Numbered from the stretch's first letter, positions 43,436 to 54,702 are shown. The stretch: 64,000 nucleotides of DNA from an uncultured Gemmatimonadaceae bacterium (GCA_963829055.1 CAWHHI010000004.1:160001-224000); one strand, 5' to 3'. A program made the numbers and translations. Notes: generated by a model from the sequence alone, not told the origin.

Positions 43436-46400
43436 ATGGCTCAGCTTGTAGCTGCCGCAGCCTTTTGGTCTCTCTTTCTTTGTGTGCTCGACGGCTTCGG
43501 GGGCGCTCGGGCGCAGGGGATGACGTCAGCGGCAATCGCCGGCCGCATCGTCGACGATGGAGGCCACGGATTGCAGGGCGTCGAGGTGGTCGTGAAGAAC
43601 CACGCGACCGGCATCTCGATGCGCACGGTCTCTCGAGCGGACGGACGCTACCTGGTCAGCGGGCTCGAGGTCGGTGGGCCGTATTCCGTGACCGTGCGAC
43701 GAATCGGGTCGCCGATGCAGACGCGGACCGGGCTCTTTCTCAGTCTCGGGCAGCAGTTGCAGGTGGATGTCGGCCTTCGAGCAGCAGGCGGTGAGGCTTC
43801 AGGGAATCGAAACGCGGGCGGCGCAGGATAGACTGTTTTCGCGTGCGCACACGGGCACCGAGGCGTTCCTGTCCGATTCGACGATCCACCAGATGCCCGT
43901 CATCAATCGCGATCTGTACGACCTCGTTCGCCTGGTTCCGCAAATGTCGACGTGGTTCACGCTGGCACCGTCGGGAGCGGGAACCCGTGTGAACAGCATC
44001 CGCATCGACGGCGTCAGCGATCAGGTGCCGTCGAGCAATCTCGCGGCCGGCCAGTTGTATGGCGGCAAGGTCATCCCGCTGGACGCCGTGAAGGAGTACC
44101 AGGTCCTGTTTTCGCCCTTCGATGTGAGATACGGGAGCTTCGCCGGCGCGAGCATCAACGTCGTGACGCGGAGCGGCACCAACGAACTGCACGGAAGTGT
44201 GTTCGGCTACGGCACTAACGAACGCCTCGGTCCAAACGTGCCGTTAGTCCGGAGCGCGCAATATGAGAAACAGCAATTCGGCGTTTCGCTCGGCGGACCG
44301 ATCATTCGCGACCGTCTTCTCTTCTTCGTATCGTCGGAGCTGCAGCGGCGCACGATCCCGGCGATCGGGCCGCGCGTCGGTGAGCCGGCATCCGAGTCAG
44401 AGTCCGCTTCCCGTCAGCGCAGCGGACATTGCGCGCTTCCAGCAGTTGTTGAGCGGCTATGGGCTCGATGGTGGGTCCGCCGGCAGCCGTGACGAACGCC
44501 AATCCGTCGTCGAGCACGTTCCTCCGTCTCGACGCGCCGATCGCCCGCTGGAACAGCCGTATCACCCTACGCGGGAATTACGGGCACGCAGACAGCTCGA
44601 TCTTCGCTCGACCAACGGCGCTCGCGCCCACGAATTGTTCGACGAACGCGTGCTTTCCGTTGTCGTCGCTTCAGCACTCGCGTTGGGTGGACAAGCGGTC
44701 GGTCGCCGCGCAGCTCGTATCGAATCTTTGCGAGCGGTGCATACAACGAGCTCCATGTTGGATACAACGGCATCGTTTCCGGCTTCCGGCCAACCGTTAG
44801 GCAACCGCTCATCGTGGTGACCGTGCCGGGAACGAACGGAGCGCCGGCCGTTCTGCAGTCGGGAACTCATGAAATCGCGACCGGACAGAGGAACGCGAGC
44901 TGGACGGCAGAGATCACGGACAATCTCTCGATCTCCGCGGGCGCGCATCGCGTCACGCTGGGCTTCTCGTCGCAGCTGTTCGACCTGCAGGCCTTTCAGC
45001 TACGCGGCTCCTACGGCATCTGGGAGTTCGGGAGCCTGGACTCGCTGCGAACGGGCGTCGCGTCGCGCTACCGCGTGACGCGAGATACGGGCAGTGTGAC
45101 CGCGGCATCCGGCGCGTATCACGCAGCGTATCTCGGCGACGAGTGGGAAGCGTCGTCCCGCCTGTCGCTCACGTTCGGCCTCCGCGCCGATCTTTCGGTT
45201 CTCTCGGCGCGACCACCGTACGTGGCTGCTGTCGATTCGACATTCCAGGTCCGCACGGACAACGTGCCGTCCGGGGCGGTCGCGTGGTCGCCGCGGCTCG
45301 GCTTCAATTATCGCCTAACGAGCGGCGACCGCGCCGGCTCAGGTGCGCGGCGGCGTCGGTCTGTTCACCGGACGGCCGCCGCTGTTCTGGCTGTTCGGTG
45401 GCTTTTCAGCCTACGGACTCGCCGCGCGAACGCTCCAGTGCGGATCGCTTCCCGGCGACGCCGGCGCCCCACCCGTGTTTCGCACCGACATTCGAAATCC
45501 GCCGCTCGCGTGTGCGGGCGGTCAGACGTTCGCCGCCGCGACGAACGGAGAGATCGACGTCATCGACCGACATCTGCGCCTCCCTCAGACGATGCGCGCC
45601 ACGCTCGCCACGGACGCGCGGCTCCCCTTCGGCGTCGTCGGGACCATCGAAGGGCTGTACACGCGCGCTACGCGCGCCGTGTTCTTTTCTCCGATCAATC
45701 TCAGCGAACCGACCGCGTCCGACCGCCACGACCGCGTGATGTACGGGACGATCAACGCGACGGGAGTGGCCATTCCGAGACGCGTTTCGTCCCGGTTCGG
45801 CGACGTCATCGCGATCACGAATCAGTCGAAGGACTATGCCTACGACGTCGTCGGTGAGCTGCGAAAGAACAGTCGCATCGTCGACGTGACGTCGTCGGTC
45901 AGCTACGGGCGGGCCCGTGACGTACAGAGCCCGCGACCGGTCAGTGCTCTCCTCACTGACAATTGGCGCTTCGCGCGTCCCGTCACCGGTCGTCAGAATG
46001 ACCTCACGCTTGGAACCTCGGATTTCGATCAACCCTTTCAGGTGCGCGCGTCGGGCACCGTTCATTCTCCCTGGCGGCGGTATGGCACCGATCTGTCGTT
46101 CCTCTATGTCGGTGGCTCCGGATTCCCTTACACGTATGTCGCTGGCGGGACGGCGGGACGTGGCGACCTCAACGCCGACGGCGCGGTAGGCAACGACCCG
46201 ATCTACATCCCGCGTTCCGCGTTCGACACGGCGGAGATCAGATTCGGCGGGTCCGCCTCCGACGTGGCAACGCAGCAGGCCGCGTTCGAGCGCTTCGTCA
46301 GCGGCGCGACATGCCTCGCGCAACCAGCGGGGGCGCATCATGGCGCGCAACAGCTGCCGTTCGCCCTGGATGAGTCTCACGAATCTGGCGATACGCCAGG

Positions 46401-46672
46401 CGTTCCCGAGCGTACGAGAGCAGTCGATGGTGTTCGAGTTGCAGGTGTTCAACGTGCTCAACCTGCTGAACTCTCGTTGGGGGAGAATGGCGTTGCCCAC
46501 CGGGGCTTCACTGGCGACCACGAGCCAGATTCCATTGCTGTCACAGATCGGCGAAACGGCAGGACCGCGCGCACAGCCGATCTATCGGTTCGATTCGACG
46601 ATGCGCCGGTACAACGACGAGAACTTCGACACGTACTATCAGATCCAGGTGGCGTTACGCTACAACTTCTAG
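43436..46672 (+). CDS. Oar-like TonB-dependent receptor (multiple frameshifts)
   Basis: Carboxypeptidase-regulatory N-domain (GRYLVSGLEVGGPY), FAGASINVVTRSGTNELHGS, SPRLGFNY, C-terminus YQIQVALRYNF. Confidence 0.87.
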
Positions 46673-46681
46673 GGAACTGAC

Positions 46682-48641
46682 GTGCCAGACGGACCGGCCG
46701 AGCGGACACGCCTCGTCACCGCTTTCGTTCTTTTCCTGTGCGTGTTGGCTCCGAACGCAACGGCGCAGCGTGCCGGGCACCCGACGCGCGTTCTCGTGCT
46801 GTATCAACAGCAAGCCGAGACGCAGCCGATGCTCGAGTTCACGCAGCAGCTGCGCCTAACGATCACGAAGGAGCTGGGCTCACCGGTCGAGTTCTACCAG
46901 GAAGCCCTGGACTTCGACCGTTTCGCTGGTCGCGAGCAGTCGTCGCCGCTCGTGGACTACTTCGACGACAAGTATCGCCGATTCGGCATCGACGTCGTCG
47001 TGCCCGTTGGCGGCCGAGCGTTGAGATTTGCCGTCGACCAGCTGGGCCGTGTATTGCCGAACGTTCCGATCGTGTTCGCGCTGTGCGCGGCACCTCAGAC
47101 GGATCCGGCGGCACAGCCGGAGAATGTCACGGGGCGTCTCGCCTCGGCGTCGCGCTTCGCACCCACACTGTGGATGGCGCGGCGGCTCCAGCCGGACGCG
47201 CGAGCGGATCGTCGTCGTCGGCGGCGCGGGGCCGGCGGATTCGGCCACGGTCTCCGCCGCGGTGAGCGCGGCCGCGACGTTACGCGACTCACTCGAGCTC
47301 ACCGTCCTTCAGGGCCTCTCGCTCGATGTGTTGCTCGCGAGGCTCCGCCAGATTCCTCGGCGCTCGATCGTCATTTTCGCGAACTACAGGTACGACGCGC
47401 GCGGGCAGGCATTCGAGCCATTGGACATTGTCGGCAGCATCGCGCGCGCGGCGTCGGCCCCGATGTACACACAGTTGGGCAGCTACGTCGGTGAAGGCGT
47501 CGTCGGCGGTTCCGTCCTGCGGTTCGACGACGAAGGCCTGCGCACGGGCCGGCTCGTCGTCCGCGTCCTTCGCCGTCGCGCCGGCGAACGGATGCCGCCC
47601 GTGGAGCCCATCGCCAAGTCGTTCGTTGCCGACTGGCGTCAACTGCGCCGTTGGGGACTCTCCGAAAAACGTCTGCCACCGGGAACCGAGGTGCTGTTCC
47701 GAGAACCGACGCTGTGGCAGCGACACCGGACGGTCGTGCTCGTGGCGCTCGGCGTCATCATCGCGGAGCTGCTGCTCATCGGTGGCCTTCTCGCCGAACG
47801 GCGGCAGCGCAAACGGGCACAAGCCGTGGCCGAGGAGCAGCAGCGGCGCGCCGATGAGACGAGACGTCACGTTGCGCACATGGGGCGTGTGGCCCTCGTC
47901 GGTGAGCTGGCGGCGACGATGTCACACGAGCTTCGGCAGCCGCTCGCCGCGATCCGCGCGAACGCCGAAACCGGTGCCAGGCTCCTGACGCGTAGGACGG
48001 GACAGTTCGGCGAGGACGAGCGGGAGCTATGTGAAGAGATCTTCAGCGAGATCGTCGCCGACGATCTGCTTGCCTCCGACATCATCACGCGGGTTCGCGC
48101 GCTCGTACGAAAGGAGGAATTGCCCCAGCAGCCTGTGGACCTCAATGAAGTGTGTCGAACCTCGGAACGCCTGGTCCAGCACGATGCGCTGACTCGCGGG
48201 ATCGACATCATCTTGTCGCTCGACCCGCGGATACCGCCGGTCACTGGCGACCCCATTCAGCTTCAGCAGGTCGTGCTGAATCTCATGCTGAACGCGCTCG
48301 ATGCATGCGCAGTGTCGACGAATCCGCGGATCGTCGTCGGTACGGTGGCTCGGGGCGACGAAGTCGAGGTCTCCGTGCGCGACAACGGGCCCGGACTCCC
48401 GGAGGATGTGCGGCCACATCTATTCGAGTCGTTCTTCACCACCAAATCACAGGGTCTGGGCTTGGGCCTGGTGATCGTGCAGTCGATCGTCGAGCGACAC
48501 CACGGGCAGGTGCGGGCCGAGAACGGCGAGCAGGGGGGCGCGATCTTTCGCGTCGTGCTGCCCGGCACGCGGAGCTCAGCTCCGGGTCCGTCCAAAGAGC
48601 GACGCGGGCACATCGAGCCGGAAGCTTCGGTATCGAATTAG
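46682..48641 (+). CDS. Sensor histidine kinase with periplasmic binding-protein-like domain (frameshift near 47200)
   Basis: GELAATMSHELRQPL (H box), QQVVLNLMLNA, DNGPG, FFTTK, GLGLGL. Confidence 0.9.
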
Positions 48642-48743
48642 TTGTGATCCGAAGCGTGTGTAAGCCGAAGGTCCAATAAAACGTGTTGGTCGCTGGTCCT
48701 ACATCTGTGCCACCGAGGGTATGCCGCGAGCGAGGTTATTGCG

Positions 48744-49142
48744 TTGCCGACAGGAAACGGTAGGCGCCCGACGTCGGGGGCAGATGCGGACAGCTGGGTG
48801 GCGATCATCGACGACCATGAGTCGATGCGATCGTGCCTCGGTCGCGTCATGCGGATCGAGGGAATCCGCGCCGCCACGTTCGCGTCAGCCGAGGCGTACC
48901 TCGACGACGCGTCTCCGACCGCGCCGTGCTGTCTCGTGCTCGACATGCAGTTGCCCGGGATGAGCGGCCCTAAGCTGGCGCAGTTCCTCGAGCGCGAACG
49001 GCCGCCATTGCCGCCGATCATTTTCATCAGCGCGCACGATGACTTGTTGACGTCGCTCGAGGGCAGTCATCTTGTGCACGGAAGACTCAGAAAGCCGTTC
49101 GAAACCGACGCGCTGCTGGCACTCGTCACGCCACTGCTGTGA
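48744..49142 (+). CDS. Single-domain response regulator (FixJ-like receiver)
   Basis: IIDDHES, LVLDMQLPGMSG, IIFISA, LRKPF. Start uncertain. Confidence 0.85.
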   Translation: MPTGNGRRPTSGADADSWVAIIDDHESMRSCLGRVMRIEGIRAATFASAEAYLDDASPTAPCCLVLDMQLPGMSGPKLAQFLERERPPLPPIIFISAHDDLLTSLEGSHLVHGRLRKPFETDALLALVTPLL

Positions 49143-49180
49143 ACGCGCGGGACGTCTCGGCGGCGCTATGCATCCTCACA

Positions 49181-49279
49181 AACGGCCTGGTCATCAGTCG
49201 TGGGTCATATAGTCGTCAGTTGTCAGTCCGTCACTGAATACTGATCACTGTACGACCCACGACTGATGACCAGGCCGTT
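49181..49279. repeat. About 100-nt palindromic element with a perfect 26-bp outer stem
   Basis: AACGGCCTGGTCATCAGTCGTGGGTC (49181-49206) and its exact reverse complement (49254-49279), with inner TCAGT/ACTGA pairs. Confidence 0.9.
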
Positions 49280-49344
49280 GCAGCTCCAGGCCGTTCCCGA
49301 GAGCCGCGCCCCGTAGGTGGGCGTTCGTCCGCTTCCGGTGCCGA

Positions 49345-49512
49345 TTACACGGCGCACCCGCAGTTCGACGGGCAGGCGCACACGTCACAGCCGCACGCGT
49401 TGCCGCAGCAGCAGCGGGCCGCATCGGTGCCTGGTGCGTTGCTCGTCGAGCGGCACGCGCACGTGTTCGCGTGACAGGAGGCGCACGCGCAGGATGTCTG
49501 GGAGCTGGTCAT
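49345..49512 (-). CDS. Metallothionein-like Cys-rich peptide (55 aa, 14 Cys)
   Basis: MTSSQTSCACASCHANTCACRSTSNAPGTDAARCCCGNACGCDVCACPSNCGCAV. GAGGG RBS just upstream, with CxC repeats in two clusters. Confidence 0.8.
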   Translation of the reverse strand: MTSSQTSCACASCHANTCACRSTSNAPGTDAARCCCGNACGCDVCACPSNCGCAV

Positions 49513-49649
49513 GGTATCCCTCGGAGTCTCGATGTTGGTATCACGACGTCCCGGCGTCCCCGGGCATTGGCGCGGCGCGTGCACGGCTGGCCGTGTCCAC
49601 GCGTGCGCCCGTCGTGAGGTACACGTTAGGCCTCGAGATCCACTGCCGA

Positions 49650-49665
49650 TTGAACGAGGGGGCTG
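49650..49665 (-). promoter_or_regulatory. Conserved upstream motif copy 1 (CAGCCCCCTCGTTCAA)
   Basis: 14/16 identical to 51850-51865. Followed 21 nt later by the -10-like hexamer TAACGT. Confidence 0.65.
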
Positions 49666-49710
49666 TGTTGCGCGCGAGTCGCGTCGCTGCTGCCAGCGCA
49701 GAGCGCCGCG

Positions 49711-50565
49711 TCAGCGGTGGATCGGCGCGCCGATGTCCCGCGCGAGTGGAGGCGTACCTCGCGTGCCGACTTCGCGTGGCAGGGGCCCCGCCATCTGCAT
49801 AGCGGACGGTGGGAAGCCGAACGTGCTGCGCGAGGTGCGCGAGAGGTGCGCCGCATCGGCGAACCCCGCCGCGTGCGCCGCCGACGACAGTGTCTCGCCG
49901 GCCATCAGCAGCTCCCACACGCGGAGGAAGCGGCGCCACAGCAGGTACGGCCGGAGTCCCATGCCGGTCTGCTCGACGAACAGGTGCCGGAAGCGACCCG
50001 GCGAGAGGCACGCTTCGGCCGCGACCTCATCGAGCGTGAGCGGGCGGTCGAGGTTCGCCCTGATGTACGCGATGGCGCGCAGGATCCGCTCGTCGGACAT
50101 GACGGACGGAACGCCGCCCGTGAGCGCCTGGACAATGCGCCGCGCCGCGTCGGCGACGTCGCGCTCCGTCTGTCGCCCCTGCCACGCGTCCTCCCACACG
50201 GCGAACAGCGGCGGCACGAGGTCGAGCACGTCGTTAGGCACGTGCGCGATGCCGCCGCCGAGGTAGCGCTCGGCGAGCGTGCGTCCCTCGCGCGTCTCGG
50301 GCTCGACGAACAGCACGGCGTTAGGCGACACGTGCGTCGCGTCCATCGAGTGCGGCTGGCGCGACGCGATGATCGCGCCGCCGTACTCCGTCCACGGTTC
50401 GCCCTCCCCGGTCCGGAAGCGGATGCCCGGGGTGGAGCCGAACGCGATCTGGATGGCGTAGTGCGCGTGCACGGGCACTACGCTGCCCCCGCGGCCGATC
50501 AGCAGGCAGCCGCCGTCCCACGGCACGAAATGGCCCTGGTATGGTGCTCCACCTGCGTTGCTCAT
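49711..50565 (-). CDS. AraC family transcriptional regulator
   Basis: HAHYAIQI cupin motif, LSPGRFRHLFVEQTG, AGFADAAHLSRT. Confidence 0.93.
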   Translation of the reverse strand: MSNAGGAPYQGHFVPWDGGCLLIGRGGSVVPVHAHYAIQIAFGSTPGIRFRTGEGEPWTEYGGAIIASRQPHSMDATHVSPNAVLFVEPETREGRTLAERYLGGGIAHVPNDVLDLVPPLFAVWEDAWQGRQTERDVADAARRIVQALTGGVPSVMSDERILRAIAYIRANLDRPLTLDEVAAEACLSPGRFRHLFVEQTGMGLRPYLLWRRFLRVWELLMAGETLSSAAHAAGFADAAHLSRTSRSTFGFPPSAMQMAGPLPREVGTRGTPPLARDIGAPIHR

Positions 50566-50645
50566 GCGCTCCCTCGCTTCGCCATCGCCTCGATACTAGC
50601 GCGCGGCTAGCGCGCGATCAACGCGCGATGGCCGTGTGGCGACGG

Positions 50646-51752
50646 TCAGGCGCCGACCGAGGCCCCGACGCGGCGCGCCACCTGCTCGGCGATGAATGCG
50701 GCGTCCTCCCCGACGCCGCCGATGAGCGACGACGTCATGCGGTGCTGGAAGCGCAGGCCGACGAAGTAGAGTCCCGCCATGTCAGTCGCGACGCCGCGGC
50801 GGTGCCGGGGGCGCCCGTCGGTGTGGAGAACGGGTAGGTCGATCCAGCGGTAGTCGGATGTGAACCCCGTGCACCACACGACGACCCGCGGCTCGAGCAC
50901 CGTCCCGTCGCAGACGGGGAGGCCCGCGCGCTCGTCGGTGACGCGCCCGACCCGTACCACGCCGCTGGCCTCGATGGCGCGCTCCGGGATGCCAATGAGC
51001 GAGTCGCCTCCGGCGGCCGCACGGGCAAACAGACGCCTGCCCAGTCGGGTGTCCAGCGTGGCGCGTGTCATCACAGGCCAGATCCAGTCGAACAGGTCCC
51101 GTCCAAGCAGCCGGCGGGGCAGATGCCCCGTGTCGCGGCCCGACAGCCACACCTTGCGGAAGCGCGCGAGCTCGAGCGCGATCTGCGCGCCGGAATTGCC
51201 AGCGCCGACGACGAGCGCCGGGCCGTCGGGCAGGTCGAACGGGCTCCGGTACTGGCTCGAGTGGAGCTGGTGGATGGTCGGCGCGAGCCGCGACGCGCGA
51301 TCCGGCACCGCGGGCCGCTGGAACGGTCCCGTCGCGACCACGACGTTGTCGGCCTCGAACCGGGTGTCTCCCGCGCGTGCGACGTAGCGCTCTCCGTCCC
51401 AGCCGAGTGACTCGACCCGCGTGTCGTGGCGAACGGGGAGGTCGAAGCGCTCGACGTACCGCTCGAGATAGTCTGCCACCTCGTCCTTGTCGGGCAGGTG
51501 GGAGGGCGGGGCGGGGAAGACCAGACCGGGCAGCCCGCTGAACGCCGCGGGAGTGAAGAGGCGGAGCGAGTCCCAGCGCCGGCGCCACACATCCCCCGTG
51601 CGGCGCTCGGCGTCGAGAATGACGAAGTCGACGTCACGTGCCGCCAGGTGATGGCCGACGGCGAGGCCCGCCTGTCCGCCGCCGATGACGATGGTTTCGA
51701 CGCGCTCCACGCGCGTGGAGGGCATGGTGTGCGTGTGCGCGGAATGGGTCAT
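50646..51752 (-). CDS. FAD-dependent oxidoreductase (CzcO/FMO-like flavoprotein)
   Basis: VIGGGQAGLA, WRRRWDSLRLFTP, VVATGPF, HSSQYR, VVGAGNSG, WCTGF. Confidence 0.9.
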   Translation of the reverse strand: MTHSAHTHTMPSTRVERVETIVIGGGQAGLAVGHHLAARDVDFVILDAERRTGDVWRRRWDSLRLFTPAAFSGLPGLVFPAPPSHLPDKDEVADYLERYVERFDLPVRHDTRVESLGWDGERYVARAGDTRFEADNVVVATGPFQRPAVPDRASRLAPTIHQLHSSQYRSPFDLPDGPALVVGAGNSGAQIALELARFRKVWLSGRDTGHLPRRLLGRDLFDWIWPVMTRATLDTRLGRRLFARAAAGGDSLIGIPERAIEASGVVRVGRVTDERAGLPVCDGTVLEPRVVVWCTGFTSDYRWIDLPVLHTDGRPRHRRGVATDMAGLYFVGLRFQHRMTSSLIGGVGEDAAFIAEQVARRVGASVGA

Positions 51753-51849
51753 GGCGGTCGCTCCGGAGACGTGGACGGCTCGGGGTCGCGGCCGATCGAC
51801 GATCGCGGTCAGCCGTGCGACGATGATCGCCTAACGCCGACGTCCGCGC

Positions 51850-51865
51850 TTGAACAAAGGGGCTG
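51850..51865 (-). promoter_or_regulatory. Conserved upstream motif copy 2 (CAGCCCCTTTGTTCAA)
   Basis: 14/16 identical to 49650-49665. Followed 21 nt later by the -10-like hexamer GATCAT. Confidence 0.65.
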
Positions 51866-51924
51866 ATCGCGAGCGCTCCGGCGCCCGCAAGCACGCGGCG
51901 CCGGCAATGCAACAGCCCGCCGCG

Positions 51925-52744
51925 TCAGCGGCCGCGCATCGAGCGCGCGTAGCGGGCCGGCGTCTCTCCGAACGTCTGGCGGAAGACGCGCGTGAAGTGC
52001 GACTGGTCGGAGAAGCCGGCGTCGAGCGCGATCATTGACAGCGGACGATCGCCCTTCGCGACCTCGATGCGCGCACGCTCGATCCGACGACGCCTAACGT
52101 AGGTCGCGACCGTCGTACCGTGATAGCGGCGGAACGTGCGGAGCAGATGCGACGCGTGCACGCCGGCGAGCGCGGCGAGGTCGGTGACCGAGGGAGTGTC
52201 CGCGCCGGCGGCCTCGATCGCGTCCTCGACACTCTGGAGCCAGCGCGGTCGCCGCCGCTCGCCGATCACCGGGAGTCGCGATAGATCGGCCACGAGAAGG
52301 AGGAGCGCGCCCTCGACGGCGAACCGCGAGACGCGGTCCGGCTCGCGGAGCTCGGCGCCGAGCCGCGCCGCCCAGCTGACCGCGCCCCGTCGCGCAGGAT
52401 CTGTGGCGCGGTCGGCAACGCGGCCTCGCCCGCGCCGACGCGCTGCGAACCACCGCGCAGAGAACTGGATGTTGAGCCACCGGCCCGGCGTGAGGAACCG
52501 GTGCCCGTGCGTCTCGTACGACGGCGTGTAGAGAAGGCTCTGCACTCCCAGCTCGCGCGTGCGACTGCCGATCTCCTCCGTCGCGCTGCCCTGGAGCACG
52601 AGGCTCAGGAGTGGCGCATCGTGCGCGTGGGCGGCGACGCAGCAGTCCGGCGGCGTACGTGTTCTCCGCGACCGACACGCCGTCGAACGCCTGCGCGCGC
52701 ACCGGCGCTCCGACGAACTTCCCCATCTCGATCGGTGCGGTCAT
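51925..52744 (-). CDS. AraC family transcriptional regulator (frameshifted)
   Basis: Starts MTAPIEMGKFVG. C-terminal VHASHLLRTFRR, AGFSDQSHFTRVF. Confidence 0.87.
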
Positions 52745-52924
52745 GCAATCTCCCGGCGAGGCACATCGAGCCTGCTTTCGATCCCGAATATAGGGCCGCC
52801 GGACCGCCGCGCGCGAACTGGTCACCACGTTCGTTCCATCGTGCGTGTTCGGTGCTAGAACGAAGCTGCGCAGCCAGGGGATGTTGGGGGCACGTCATCA
52901 CGCGACATCACCTCCGTCACCGCC

Positions 52925-53631
52925 ATGCACACGACTTCCCCGCCCGGTCCGCTCTCCATTGGAATGGTGCTGTTCCCCGACCTCACGCAGCTCGACCTCA
53001 CCGGCGCGTACGAAGTGCTCGCGCGCATGCCCGACACGCGAGTGCACCTCGTGGCGTCCACGCTCCACCCGGTGCGGAGCGAGTGGGGGCTGACCATCTC
53101 TGCCGGACGCCACGTTCGCCGACGCGCCGCCGCTCGACATCCTCTGCGTGCCGGGCGGATGGGGCGTCAACGAGCACCTCGACGACGAGGAGCTGCTCGG
53201 CTTCCTGCGCGCGCGCGGGGAGCACGCTCGCTACATCACCTCGGTGTGCAGCGGCGCTCTCCTCCTCGGCGCCGCCGGACTGCTCCGCGGCTACCGCGCG
53301 ACCACGCACTGGCTCTCGCTCGATCTGCTCCCGCTCCTGGGAGCCGAGGCGGTCCGGCAGCGCGTCGTGCGTGATCGGCAACCGGATCACCGGCGGCGGG
53401 CGTGACGGCGGGGATCGACTTCGGCCTCGGCGCTCGCCGCTGAGCTCTTCGGGCCAGCCACGGCGCAGCGGATCCAGCTCGCGATCGAGTACGCGCCCGC
53501 GCCGCCGTTCGACAGCGGGTCGCCGGACACGGCCCCGGACGACATCCGTCGACGCGCTTCGTCGCGACAGCCGTGACGCGCTCGACCGACGGCGCGCGCT
53601 CGTCGAAGCCGCCGCGCGTCGTCTCGGCTGA
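52925..53631 (+). CDS. DJ-1/PfpI family protein (isonitrile hydratase-like; frameshifted)
   Basis: [49 protein letters not shown]. Confidence 0.87.
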
Positions 53632-53679
53632 CCGCGCACCACGCGAGTAACTGCCATTCCTCGAACCAGGAGCGACTAC

Positions 53680-54087
53680 ATGCCCTACTTGATCGGAATC
53701 GTGCTGGCCCTCGCCGTCTCGGTGTACGCGACCGCGCTCCGGCTCGATCGGGATCGCGCGTTCTACCCGACCGTGCTCGTCGTGGTCGCCTCCTACTACG
53801 TGCTGTTCGCGGCCATGGGAGGCTCAGGCCGCGTGATCGTCGTCGAGTCGCTCATCATGGGTGTCTTCGTCCTGGCCGCGTCGGTCGGCTTCCGGCGAAG
53901 CCTCTGGCTCGTCGTCGCGGCGCTCGCCGCGCACGGCGTGCAGGACTTCTTCCACGCGAGGCTCGTCGCGAATCCCGGCGTGCCCGCCTGGTGGCCGGCG
54001 TTCTGTCTGAGCTACGACGTCGCTGCCGCCGGCTACCTGGCGTGGCGCCTAACGCAGAATCCGGCCCGGCGTGTGCCGGTCGCCTAA
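53680..54087 (+). CDS. Hypothetical membrane protein
   Basis: AGGAG RBS, several TM segments, AHGVQDFFH and PAWWPAFC. Confidence 0.75.
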   Translation: MPYLIGIVLALAVSVYATALRLDRDRAFYPTVLVVVASYYVLFAAMGGSGRVIVVESLIMGVFVLAASVGFRRSLWLVVAALAAHGVQDFFHARLVANPGVPAWWPAFCLSYDVAAAGYLAWRLTQNPARRVPVA

Positions 54088-54150
54088 CGCAGGTCCAGCC
54101 ATCCTCCGCAAGGAATCATGTCCACGATGAAGCGAGTGCCGGGACTGGCG

Positions 54151-54681
54151 TTACCGGTTCGGCGCCTGCGCCGGAGATGACGCATGCCAGTGGATGACCT
54201 TCCAGCCGCCCGGGTCCTTCCGGAACACGACGGTGCGCCTGGAGGGAGTTTCTTCGGCGCCGAGATGGAAGCTGACGACCGCGACGCCCGGTCCTGCCAT
54301 CTGAACCTTCAGATCCCGCGGGGCGATGCCCTGAACCATTGGCCGCCCCGCCTTCGCCCGCGCCTCGCGCTGGGCTGTCATGAACTTGCCGAAGACGTCC
54401 TCGATCTCGGCCTTGCCGTTCACTCGAGCAGGGAACTGGGGGAACGGAAAAAACATCGTCATATCCTCGGCGAAGTAGCCGCGGAACGAATCGAACTGAA
54501 GCGAGTCAAACGCGGCCAGGAACCCCTGCGCCGCTGCGTGCACGCCAGCTGAGTCAGCCGCCCAGCCGCCGCCGGTGGGCACCGCCGAGCGAGACGGCTG
54601 CGCGCCGCCGCCGAGGTTGGTGCACGACGCGAGGACGCCGAGTGACATGAGGAGAGCCAGCACTAAGGATCGGTTCTGCAT
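54151..54681 (-). CDS. NTF2/SnoaL-like lipoprotein
   Basis: Lipobox LASC, FLAAFDSL, RRTVVF..GWKVIHWHAS. Confidence 0.8.
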   Translation of the reverse strand: MQNRSLVLALLMSLGVLASCTNLGGGAQPSRSAVPTGGGWAADSAGVHAAAQGFLAAFDSLQFDSFRGYFAEDMTMFFPFPQFPARVNGKAEIEDVFGKFMTAQREARAKAGRPMVQGIAPRDLKVQMAGPGVAVVSFHLGAEETPSRRTVVFRKDPGGWKVIHWHASSPAQAPNR

Positions 54682-54702
54682 GGTAGGATCGAGTGTCTAG
54701 TG

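Noticed and set aside
48638..49027. 129-aa minus-strand ORF with a natural-looking sequence
   Set aside because: It is the antisense shadow of the receiver-domain gene on the plus strand.
49471..49485. CASCH in the Cys-rich peptide as a c-type heme-binding CxxCH motif
   Set aside because: There is no export signal, and the motif sits within a dense CxC pattern better explained by metal-thiolate clusters.
49345..49512. Cys-rich peptide as a RiPP precursor
   Set aside because: No radical SAM, YcaO, lanthipeptide or DUF692 enzyme, peptidase or exporter is adjacent. Not fully excluded, given the apparently co-regulated flavoprotein.
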